Source: Bacillota bacterium
GTDB taxonomy: Bacteria > Vulcanimicrobiota > JAJTBE01
DNA: 64,000 nt
NCBI GenBank assembly: GCA_021287065.1
Contig: JAJTBE010000201.1
Span: 7,728 to 71,727 of the forward strand
Reading direction: 5' to 3'
Within the stretch, counting starts at the first letter, position 1; each line of letters begins with the position of its first letter. Positions 56,005-64,000 of this stretch are shown piece after piece. The notes below the pieces were generated by a model. The model was not told the DNA's origin, searched no databases, and saw only the letters and a list, made by a program, of their open reading frames with translations. The position numbers and the translations under genes are program-made.

Positions 56005-57090
56005 CTACTTTGAACCATCCATCATGCGCCGGAGATCTTCCGGATGCATGGTATGGTTGATTGCGTCTTCATAAGTGATCTGCTTGTTGTCATAAAGATC
56101 AAGCAGGGACTGTTCCATCGTCTGCATACCATGTTTAGAACCGGTTTGCAGTGAATTATAAATCTGATGGGTTTTACCTTCACGGATAAGGTTTCTTACC
56201 GCAGAGGTTGTTATGAGAATTTCAACCGCCGGAACCCGGCTGACGCCTGAAGCGTGGGGAATGAGCTGCTGTGACACAACTGCTTCGAGCACGCTGGCGA
56301 GCTGGATTCTGATTTGCTGCTGCTGATGCGGCGGGAAAACATCGATAATACGGTCGATAGTCTGGGAAGCGTCGGAGGTGTGGAGGGTTGAGAACACGAG
56401 GTGTCCTGTTTCCGCAGCGGTCAGTGTGCCGCCGATGGTTTCCAGGTCTCTCATCTCACCTACCAGAATGACATCCGGGTCTTCACGCAGGGTAGCTCTG
56501 AGGGCTTGCGTCCAGCTCTGAGTATCCTGTCCCAGCTCTCTCTGGTTTACCATTGATTTCTTATGAGGATGGATATACTCAATAGGGTCTTCAATGGTGA
56601 TAATGTGGTTGGCTCTCTCGGAGTTGATCAGATCAAGCATACAGGCGAGGGAGGTTGATTTTCCCATACCTGTTGCTCCGGTAACGAGCACCAGACCGTG
56701 GGGTTTCTTTACGATATCGTCCAGTATCGGGGGAAGATTGAGTTCAGGCCTTGAAGGTATGGAGCTGGGAATAGCTCTGAGAGCTGCACCGACAACTCCT
56801 CTCTGCCTGAAAACATTAACGCGGAAGCGTCCGAATCCTCTAACACCGTGGGAGCAGTCAAGTTCCCAGGTTTTTTCGAATTTTTCCTTCTGTTTATCGT
56901 TCAGAATACTATATATGAGCCTTTTGGTCATATCAGGCATAAGTCTGGGATATTCAGTAGGTACGAGCTTTCCGGCCACACGAAGCATCGGAGGCAGTCC
57001 CACCGTAAGGTGAAGGTCGGACGCTCCCCGGGCAACCGTGGTTTTTAATATTTCATCCATTGTAAATGGAAGCTGTTCCAAAACGGCCAT
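56005..57090 (-). CDS. pilT: Twitching motility ATPase PilT
   Basis: Walker A GATGMGKST, Asp box, His box, and the PilT signature AVRNLIREGKTHQI. Confidence 0.92.
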   Translation of the reverse strand: MAVLEQLPFTMDEILKTTVARGASDLHLTVGLPPMLRVAGKLVPTEYPRLMPDMTKRLIYSILNDKQKEKFEKTWELDCSHGVRGFGRFRVNVFRQRGVVGAALRAIPSSIPSRPELNLPPILDDIVKKPHGLVLVTGATGMGKSTSLACMLDLINSERANHIITIEDPIEYIHPHKKSMVNQRELGQDTQSWTQALRATLREDPDVILVGEMRDLETIGGTLTAAETGHLVFSTLHTSDASQTIDRIIDVFPPHQQQQIRIQLASVLEAVVSQQLIPHASGVSRVPAVEILITTSAVRNLIREGKTHQIYNSLQTGSKHGMQTMEQSLLDLYDNKQITYEDAINHTMHPEDLRRMMDGSK

Positions 57091-57114
57091 TCCTAATCCT
57101 CCAAGTTATTAGTA

Positions 57115-58851
57115 TTAATACTCCTGACCTTCGATGTAAACGACACGCAGACATTCTTCGATGGTGGTTGTTCCGTCGAGAACTTTTCTGAGACCGTCGT
57201 CCTGCATGGTCTTCATACCTTCTTCTACAGCTGCCTGGCGGACTTCTGAGGTTGAAGCTCTCTGAAGCACAAGGCTGCGTACTCTGTCGGTAACATTAAG
57301 CAGTTCGAAGATTCCGGTTCTGCCGCGATATCCGGTCATTTTGCAGTGGTCGCAGCCTCTTCCCCGATAGAAAGAAATTTCAGAATCGGTAAATGCTGCA
57401 AGACCAAACTGCCTGATGGATTCGATAGGCGGAGTATAAGATTCTTTACAGTTCGGGCAAATCAGACGGGCAAGCCTCTGGGCAAGCACGCCGATAACCG
57501 AGGATGCGCACAGGAACGGCTCGACGCCCATTTCCACGAGACGGGTAATGGCGCCGGAAGAGTCGTTGGTGTGAAGTGTGCTTAACACAAGGTGACCTGT
57601 CAAGGCTGCTTCGATGGCGATCTTAGCTGTTTCCGTGTCTCGGATTTCACCGACCATGATGATGTCGGGGTCCTGACGAAGGAAGGAGCGGAGCGCCGAG
57701 GCGAATGTCAGGCCTGCCTTTTCGTTAATCTGCACCTGATTGATGCCCGGAAGCTGGTATTCCACAGGGTCTTCGATGGTAATAATATTTACGCTTTCGG
57801 TGTTGAGTTTGTTGAGACAGGAGTAAAGGGTCGTCGATTTTCCGGATCCGGTAGGACCGGTTACGAGGATCATACCGTAAGGTTTTTCCACGCAGGCTTC
57901 GAAGACTTCCTGAGTGTCTCTGTAGAAGCCGAGTTTGTTGAGACCCAGCAACACCGATGATTTATCAAGAATTCTCATAACCACTTTTTCCCCGTGAACA
58001 GTGGGAATAGTGGATACACGAAGGTCAAATTCGCGGTTGTCGTGTTTAAGGTGGATTTTTCCGTCCTGAGGCACGCGGCGTTCGGCGATGTCGAGGTTGG
58101 CCATAATCTTAATACGGGAAATCATAGGGGCCTGAATGTGTTTGGGCGGGGACATAACATCGTGGAGCACGCCGTCAACGCGGTAGCGGACTCTTACCTG
58201 TTTCATTTCAGGTTCGATATGAATATCGGATGCGCCGTCGTTGATAGCCTGTGAAATAATGAGGTTGACCACGCGGACGATGGGAGCTTCGTCAACCATT
58301 TCCTTGAGTTTGTCGAGAGCGATTTCTTCTTCGACAGCTTCTTCAATTTCCACGGGACCGAAGTCGGTGGCGCTGATGTCCTTCACCGTTTCTTCCACCA
58401 CTGCGATATCCGTAACGCCGAACTGTCTGTTGATTGTTCTGAGAATTGCTTCTTCTGTTGCAATAACAGGATCAATATCAAATCCGGTAATGAGGCGAAT
58501 ATCGTCGATAGCAAGTACGTTGAGGGGATCGACCATTGCAAGGGTCAGGCGGTTGTCTCTCTGTGCAACAGGGATAACTTTGTAGCGCTGAGCGAGATGT
58601 TCAGGTATGGAACGGGCCATTTCCGGTTCCAGGTCTGTGTTTTCGAGGTCAACGAAATCCACGCCCATCTGTTTACCAATAACCTCGGTAATATCTTTTT
58701 CTGATACAAAACCGAGCTGGACGAGAATTTTCTGCAGCGGTTCACTGGAAGAAGCCATCTTTTCGCGGGCTTTTGCCAGCTGGCGTTCGGTGATAAAACC
58801 TCCATCTATGAGAAGTTCACCGATGTCCTTATTCAAAGCACGTGATATCAT
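57115..58851 (-). CDS. pilB: Type IV pilus assembly ATPase PilB (GspE family)
   Basis: N-terminal GSPII_E_N/MshEN-like domain, Walker A GPTGSGKSTT, tetracysteine CPNC ... CDHC motif. Confidence 0.92.
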   Translation of the reverse strand: MISRALNKDIGELLIDGGFITERQLAKAREKMASSSEPLQKILVQLGFVSEKDITEVIGKQMGVDFVDLENTDLEPEMARSIPEHLAQRYKVIPVAQRDNRLTLAMVDPLNVLAIDDIRLITGFDIDPVIATEEAILRTINRQFGVTDIAVVEETVKDISATDFGPVEIEEAVEEEIALDKLKEMVDEAPIVRVVNLIISQAINDGASDIHIEPEMKQVRVRYRVDGVLHDVMSPPKHIQAPMISRIKIMANLDIAERRVPQDGKIHLKHDNREFDLRVSTIPTVHGEKVVMRILDKSSVLLGLNKLGFYRDTQEVFEACVEKPYGMILVTGPTGSGKSTTLYSCLNKLNTESVNIITIEDPVEYQLPGINQVQINEKAGLTFASALRSFLRQDPDIIMVGEIRDTETAKIAIEAALTGHLVLSTLHTNDSSGAITRLVEMGVEPFLCASSVIGVLAQRLARLICPNCKESYTPPIESIRQFGLAAFTDSEISFYRGRGCDHCKMTGYRGRTGIFELLNVTDRVRSLVLQRASTSEVRQAAVEEGMKTMQDDGLRKVLDGTTTIEECLRVVYIEGQEY

Positions 58852-58879
58852 TGAATTTTCACCCCGTTAAATATTTTGC

Positions 58880-58909
58880 ATTGTACGAAATAGCAAAAAC
58901 ATTGTATCA
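58880..58909 (-). promoter_or_regulatory. Candidate promoter(s) for the pilB operon: two TACAAT -10 boxes, the distal one with a TG extension
   Basis: Minus strand reads TGATACAAT (58909-58901) and TACAAT (58885-58880), 30-55 nt upstream of the pilB ATG. No clear -35. Confidence 0.3.
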
Positions 58910-59060
58910 TAAGCCTCAGCGCCCGACAGCAGGCGTATTTGCCGCAAGGCAATGTTTTTCATATAATAGACTGATGTTCATGGTTTTCAACGGAAATTAC
59001 AAATATCCTTTTTTTAATTTAACATGAGAACCATTTTCATGGTGAATTATGTAGGGTCCG

Positions 59061-59681
59061 TTAAATTCCTGCAAGAATGGATTTGATTTTGGAAGTCAGA
59101 ATATCGATAGCTACAGCATTGCTTCCACCCTCAGGCACAATAATGTCTGCGTAGCGTTTTGTAGGCTCCACAAACTGGTTATGCATCGGACGAACCACTG
59201 TTGTATATTGATTTATAACCTCTTCGACATTTCTGCCTCTTTCAACCAGATCTCTCTTTAGTCTGCGGATAAACCTCTCATCGGCATCTGTATCCACAAA
59301 CACCATAATATCAAGAAGATCCCGGATTCTGGCATCTTCAAGAATAAGAATCCCTTCCACAATCATGATATTGGTAGGCTTGACATTTATCGCGTCTGGT
59401 TTTCTGGTATAAGTGATAAACGAATAGATAGGCACTTCTATTGCCTTGCCTTCAAGGAGCGATTTAATATGTTCGATAAGCAGATCGTTGTCAAATGCAA
59501 GTGGATGGTCGTAGTTGATCTTTTTACGGTCTTCAAGAGACATATGACTGCCGTCTTTGTAGTATGAGTCCTGCTGGAGTATAACAAACTTATCACGGGG
59601 CAGTTGTTCGGCTATTTTGCGGACAACCGTTGTTTTACCAGAACCGGTTCCACCCGCAACGCCAATAACCAGTTTATTCAT
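59061..59681 (-). CDS. udk: Uridine kinase
   Basis: P-loop IGVAGGTGSGKTT. Sequence collinear with Udk over the full 206 aa. Confidence 0.92.
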   Translation of the reverse strand: MNKLVIGVAGGTGSGKTTVVRKIAEQLPRDKFVILQQDSYYKDGSHMSLEDRKKINYDHPLAFDNDLLIEHIKSLLEGKAIEVPIYSFITYTRKPDAINVKPTNIMIVEGILILEDARIRDLLDIMVFVDTDADERFIRRLKRDLVERGRNVEEVINQYTTVVRPMHNQFVEPTKRYADIIVPEGGSNAVAIDILTSKIKSILAGI

Positions 59682-59759
59682 ATAGAACCTCCCGGCATTT
59701 TGCCGACATTACTTTTTATTCTCAGTTTTTCACAGCATTTCTTTATTAGTAAAGAAATA

Positions 59760-60869
59760 TTAAGGCACTATTCTGAAAACCCTTATCTCCTTCTGATTCA
59801 CCAAAACCAGTTTATTACCTGTTTTTGAAAAACCGGTTGAATAAGGTTCTTTAAAGGACTGAACCTTTACAGGCTTTGAACCTGAAGCTCCGAGACAGAT
59901 GGAAAAACTTTTTCCGTCTATTACTGCAAGGCCTGTGAGATTGTTGTCCATAATTCTGCCTGCAATAGCTTTGCCTGTAAATATGGTTTCTTTTTTGCCG
60001 TTGATGTAATAGCATATATCATTGGTTTTACTATTGGTGCGGCTGTAAAGAATTCTCACAGGATTGCCATTGTAGTCGAAGGGAAAGATTCTTCCGTTTT
60101 CGTTTTTATCAATAAGATGAAGTTTTTGATTTTCATCCATTGTAAACAGATAATCGGTAAACTTTGCCTGTGAGGGGTATTTGCTTTTAAGGATGAAAGC
60201 CATGGATTTATCGTCAAACAAACGGATATAGTCGATCATGAATTTCCAGTTGCCGGGAACCTTGTCAAAGGCAGCAGCAAGGGCGTTTTTCTTGAGTTCC
60301 TTAAATGAAACCAGTTCCTGAGGGGATGTGGATCCTGTTATAAGAAGAGCGATAAACGAATCGGTGACAAAATGCTCTTTGTCCCACTTATCCATCAGAC
60401 TGAATGCTGTGGTGTTGTTGATAAATACAAGAGGTGAAATAGACAAAATTCCAAGTCCGGGTTTGCCTTCTGCGGGGTTTGAATACATTTTGCTCCAGTT
60501 TCCCGATTTGACATCCAGCCCGGATATTCCCGAAGGATAGCGGGTTGAAACCATCACTTTGCTGCCATCGGGCGAAACCGCATAATCGTTGAAAGCTCTG
60601 AATGAGCAATTGCCTTTTGATATGATTTTGCCTGTTGAAGAGTTGATATAATACCATTCGAGTTTTCTTGTTTTATTATCTCTGGCAAAAATGAAAAGAT
60701 TGCAGTCGATATCTGTAAATTTGGTCATATCCACAGCAACAACCTTATCGCCAAGAAGTGCTTTCAGAGATTTTTCATCAAATGTTTTCTCTTCCTTCAG
60801 ACCTGCTGCGCAGGCAATGCCGGTGAGAAAAACAAAAGCTGCCATCAGGCACATTAAATACTTCTTCAT
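59760..60869 (-). CDS. Secreted hypothetical protein, probably beta-propeller-like
   Basis: Signal peptide MKKYLMCLMAAFVFLTGIACAAG, beta-rich, one PD40-like SPDGSKVMVST segment. Confidence 0.55.
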   Translation of the reverse strand: MKKYLMCLMAAFVFLTGIACAAGLKEEKTFDEKSLKALLGDKVVAVDMTKFTDIDCNLFIFARDNKTRKLEWYYINSSTGKIISKGNCSFRAFNDYAVSPDGSKVMVSTRYPSGISGLDVKSGNWSKMYSNPAEGKPGLGILSISPLVFINNTTAFSLMDKWDKEHFVTDSFIALLITGSTSPQELVSFKELKKNALAAAFDKVPGNWKFMIDYIRLFDDKSMAFILKSKYPSQAKFTDYLFTMDENQKLHLIDKNENGRIFPFDYNGNPVRILYSRTNSKTNDICYYINGKKETIFTGKAIAGRIMDNNLTGLAVIDGKSFSICLGASGSKPVKVQSFKEPYSTGFSKTGNKLVLVNQKEIRVFRIVP

Positions 60870-60929
60870 ATCATTATTCCTCCCATATTATAATGTAAAT
60901 TTTTCTTTATCCTGAAATATCCCTGCAAA

Positions 60930-60957
60930 TGAAAAGGGATCAGCTTCCTGATCCCTT
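60930..60957 (-). terminator. Rho-independent terminator
   Basis: Minus strand reads AAGGGATCAG-GAAG-CTGATCCCTT followed by TTCATTT. Confidence 0.55.
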
Positions 60958-60977
60958 ATATTTAACAAACCTTATGA

Positions 60978-61988
60978 TTATCTTTCCTTACGGAATTTTC
61001 TGGTTTCCATAGTTGCGGGCCACCAGTCCCACATTGTGCGCATTTCGCCTGAGGTTGTTTCGTATTTGCTGACATAGTCTTTGTGGTTTGTTGAGATTCT
61101 TTTTACATTGTAGTCGGCAACATCTTTGAGTTCCGAAGGCTGGCATACTGCATCGTTGTTTTCATCGACCCAGATTTTCACGCCTTCAAGTTCTCTGCCT
61201 TCCACCCAGCCATTGTTGTCTTTGTCGCATACGAGGGCGAGCTTTTCATATCCGTCTTTGTATCCGCCGGCAGTTCCGAAGAGCTGAAGCGCCGTATCAA
61301 CTTTGCCTTCTTCGGGAATGCAGAGAAGGCCGTCTTTAGGTGCGGGCATCATCCATTCACAATAGTCTTTTGTGCCGTCGCCGGTAATATCGAAGAATTT
61401 GGCTGACCATGTGTGGAATTTAGGTGCGTGGGGTCTCCAGTCATTTTTGGCAACATCGATTTTTCCATTGTTATCGAGGTCGAGAACAAGGGGTGAGCTG
61501 TCATAAACTGAAAGTACGAGCTGATAAGATACATCTTTAATTGTGATAATTGTTGTTTCAACTTTTGTGATGATTGTTGTGTATGCGTCCAGTTTTTCAG
61601 TGATATATTCGGTAACAACTTCTCTGCCAACTTCGTATGAAGTATCGGAGAATCCTGAACTTGAAACTACATGGGATGTTACATCGATATACCAGCGTGT
61701 TCCGGCGCTGAGGTTGAGTGTTCCGAGATATGCTCTTTCTTCTGATGAAAGGTTTGACCAGCTTCCTGATTCTGCATAATCCCAGTCGTTACTCAGGAAG
61801 TTTCCCAGTGCCCGGGCTGCGTATCCTGAAACTATATCATGGGTTTCACTTTCGTGGCTTTCCTGGGTTTTTGACCATGTTCTTTCGATGGTCTGGCTCT
61901 GGCGGATGGTTCCGGAAGCAGCAAATGCTCCCATAGCCGTAGCAAAAATTAAGATTGCTACCAATATTGCTGCAAAACCTTTTTTCAT
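60978..61988 (-). CDS. Secreted hypothetical protein with Asp-rich Ca-binding-like loops
   Basis: Start set at MKKGFAAILVAILIFATAMGAFA after AAGAGGGG. Loops DLDNNGKID, DITGDGTKD, DKDNNGWVE and DENNDAV. Confidence 0.6.
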   Translation of the reverse strand: MKKGFAAILVAILIFATAMGAFAASGTIRQSQTIERTWSKTQESHESETHDIVSGYAARALGNFLSNDWDYAESGSWSNLSSEERAYLGTLNLSAGTRWYIDVTSHVVSSSGFSDTSYEVGREVVTEYITEKLDAYTTIITKVETTIITIKDVSYQLVLSVYDSSPLVLDLDNNGKIDVAKNDWRPHAPKFHTWSAKFFDITGDGTKDYCEWMMPAPKDGLLCIPEEGKVDTALQLFGTAGGYKDGYEKLALVCDKDNNGWVEGRELEGVKIWVDENNDAVCQPSELKDVADYNVKRISTNHKDYVSKYETTSGEMRTMWDWWPATMETRKFRKER

Positions 61989-62183
61989 TTCTAACCCCTC
62001 TTTCCAATATTTTTTATTTATATCTACTTTAATTTTAGCACTACATGATGCATGTTTTGTTAACAAATTGTTAACAAACAGTTATTATTCCTTAACAATA
62101 CGTTATTTATATTGTATGAAAGACTTTTTTCATCTATGCAGAATTATGAAACATATAATTATGATCGAAAGCTGTGTGGTTAT

Positions 62184-62681
62184 ATGAATATTATCACATT
62201 AAAACCAATAGGTGTCATACATTCCACATTCACCAGGCAGGATGGCACCCCTATTCAGTCGTCACTTGCAGGGGGTGAGCGGGCGGAAGTTGAGATATTT
62301 CCTGAGTTTCAGGCGGGTTTAAGGGATCTGGACGGATTTGATCGGATTTATCTGATTTATTATATGCATAAAATAAGTGAAGCAAAAATGGAGGTAATAC
62401 CATATCTTGATGATAAGCTTCATGGAATATTTGCAACCCGCTCACCCTGCAGGCCCAATCCCATCGGTTTGTCCTGCGTCAGGTTGATATCCGTTAAAGG
62501 AAACATTCTGGAGATTGAGGGGGCGGATATGCTTGATGGAACTCCCCTGATTGACATGAAGCCTTACAATCCGGATTTTGATGTGTTTGAAGTAAGGAGA
62601 AAGGGTTGGTTTGAAACGGCGGCGTTCAGCAGGGATAAAGCGGATGCAAGATTTGAAAAAAAGCATGAATCCATTTCCTGA
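62184..62681 (+). CDS. trmO: tRNA (m6t6A37) methyltransferase TrmO/TsaA family
   Basis: IGVIHSTFTRQDGTPIQ, RPNPIGLS and DGTPLIDMKPY motifs. Start set at the internal ATG of ORF 62112. Confidence 0.85.
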   Translation: MNIITLKPIGVIHSTFTRQDGTPIQSSLAGGERAEVEIFPEFQAGLRDLDGFDRIYLIYYMHKISEAKMEVIPYLDDKLHGIFATRSPCRPNPIGLSCVRLISVKGNILEIEGADMLDGTPLIDMKPYNPDFDVFEVRRKGWFETAAFSRDKADARFEKKHESIS

Positions 62682-62730
62682 ATTTCACATCTAAATATTA
62701 GAAAAGTTGACAACAGGAGGATCATATTTT

Positions 62731-64000
62731 ATGAGAATGGACAAACTAACCGTTAAAGCACAGGAAGCTCTCTTTGAAGCTAACAATATAGCATCCCAGT
62801 ACAACCACCAGCAGGTGGAAACCGAGCACCTCCTCCTTGCACTGCTGAAACAGGAAGATGGAATTACATCCCCTATTCTGCGAAAAGTAGGGGCAAATCC
62901 GGATACCATAGCGGGCCTCGTTCAGGAAGAACTTTCGAAAATGAGCAAGGTTTACGGCGGCGGAGGAACCAACGGACTATATATTTCCGCAAAAACAAAA
63001 GAAGCTATGGAAAACGCCTGGAAAGAAGCGGAGAGAATGAAGGACGAATTCCTCTCCACCGAGCATCTTCTCATCGCCATTGCTTCCCAGAAGGACACCC
63101 CTTCGGGCAAAATCCTTGCCAGAGAGGGAGTTACGAAGGATTCCATATATAAGGCGCTTGCGGAAATCAGAGGCAGCCAGAGAATAACCGACCAGAACCC
63201 GGAGGATAAATATCAGGCTCTGAAGCGGTTTGCAAAGGATCTCACCGAGCTTGCCCGCAAAGGCAAACTTGATCCGGTCATCGGAAGAGACGGCGAGATA
63301 CGGCGTGTTATTCAGGTTCTTTCAAGAAGAACCAAAAACAATCCGGTTTTAATAGGTGAACCGGGTGTTGGAAAAACCGCCATAGCTGAAGGACTTGCCC
63401 GGAGAATCGTTTCCGGAGACGTACCGGAAGGTTTAAAGAACAAAACCCTTGTGGCTCTTGATCTTGGTTCAATGGTGGCAGGTTCAAAGTTCAGAGGCGA
63501 ATTTGAAGACCGGTTGAAGGCGGTTCTCAAGGAGATTGAAAGCTCGGAGGGGCAGATAATTCTATTCATCGACGAGCTTCATACACTTGTGGGAGCCGGA
63601 GCAGCTCAGGGAGCCATTGATGCTTCAAACATGCTTAAACCCGCCCTTGCAAGAGGCGAATTAAGGTGTATCGGAGCGACAACCCTTGACGAATACCGCA
63701 AGCATATCGAAAAGGATGCAGCTCTTGAGAGGAGATTTCAGCCCATTATCGTCGGAGAACCCGGCGTAGAGGAAACCATAGCTATCCTCAGGGGACTCAA
63801 GGAGCGTTATGAAGTTCACCACGGCGTGAAGATTATGGATTCTGCACTTGTAGCTGCAGCTTGTCTTTCAGACCGATATATTACGGACAGATTTCTGCCC
63901 GACAAGGCAGTGGACCTGATTGACGAAGCAGCATCAAGGCTTCGTATCGAGATTGACAGTATGCCCCAGGAAATTGATGTCGTCGAAAGGCGCATAAGGC
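62731..64000 (+). CDS. clpB: ATP-dependent chaperone ClpB (5' partial; continues beyond the window)
   Basis: AGGAGG RBS, Clp_N repeats, Walker [11 protein letters not shown], Walker B ILFIDELH and the start of the middle coiled-coil domain. Absent from the ORF track because there is no stop in the window. Confidence 0.95.
   Translation, partial: MRMDKLTVKAQEALFEANNIASQYNHQQVETEHLLLALLKQEDGITSPILRKVGANPDTIAGLVQEELSKMSKVYGGGGTNGLYISAKTKEAMENAWKEAERMKDEFLSTEHLLIAIASQKDTPSGKILAREGVTKDSIYKALAEIRGSQRITDQNPEDKYQALKRFAKDLTELARKGKLDPVIGRDGEIRRVIQVLSRRTKNNPVLIGEPGVGKTAIAEGLARRIVSGDVPEGLKNKTLVALDLGSMVAGSKFRGEFEDRLKAVLKEIESSEGQIILFIDELHTLVGAGAAQGAIDASNMLKPALARGELRCIGATTLDEYRKHIEKDAALERRFQPIIVGEPGVEETIAILRGLKERYEVHHGVKIMDSALVAAACLSDRYITDRFLPDKAVDLIDEAASRLRIEIDSMPQEIDVVERRIR

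Noticed and set aside
62707-62735. TTGACA at 62707 as the -35 of a clpB promoter
   Set aside because: The implied -10 (TATGAG) would overlap the clpB start codon and RBS, so it is probably a chance hexamer. No CIRCE/HAIR-type heat-shock operator was seen.
62691-63569. Minus-strand ORFs 62691-62909, 62952-63146 and 63312-63569
   Set aside because: They are antisense shadows of clpB, whose plus-strand frame is unmistakable but lacks a stop inside the window.
1-64000. Defense island, prophage or integrative element
   Set aside because: There are no integrase, recombinase, transposase, restriction, Cas, toxin-antitoxin or phage structural signatures. The gene content is housekeeping, envelope and signalling. 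No tRNA attachment site is present.

Overview
Chromosomal, mostly core-genome window from a diderm-type bacterium (TolC, lipoproteins, type IV pilus); I cannot place it taxonomically from sequence alone. I support about 48 protein genes. I found no rRNA, tRNA, CRISPR, transposase, integrase or phage genes. Left: nif3, hpt, COG1579 Zn-ribbon, a giant 1644-aa repeat protein, prs, ctc(L25), pth, then an odd Pro/Gly/Phe repeat protein, an M29 aminopeptidase, and secreted beta-propeller and ankyrin proteins. Middle: a fused double GT-C glycosyltransferase, an orphan Clp_N cluster, a coaX / TPR / Ser-Thr kinase / DUF1318 / hybrid histidine kinase string, bshC, an operon with a membrane-domain-less FlhA C-domain protein, ccsB/ccl-like citryl-CoA genes, and a receiver-pseudokinase. 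Right: a TolC-HlyD-ABC(2 NBD)-ABC2-ABC2 exporter, a SigB/F-type sigma factor, pilC-pilT-pilB, udk, trmO, and clpB, which runs off the window. The most unusual content is non-coding. Family A is a roughly 300-bp MITE-like element with terminal inverted repeats (4 copies). Family B is a roughly 193-195-bp tandem array of REP-like GC hairpins (4 units plus diverged partial copies). Together they fill a 1.76-kb gene-free divergent region and several convergent gaps. The best protein-level candidates for novelty are the giant five-module protein with a degenerate GHKL-like head, the YGIFP/PFGP repeat protein, and the orphan FlhA cytoplasmic domain. All homology calls come from motif recognition by eye; no searches were run.
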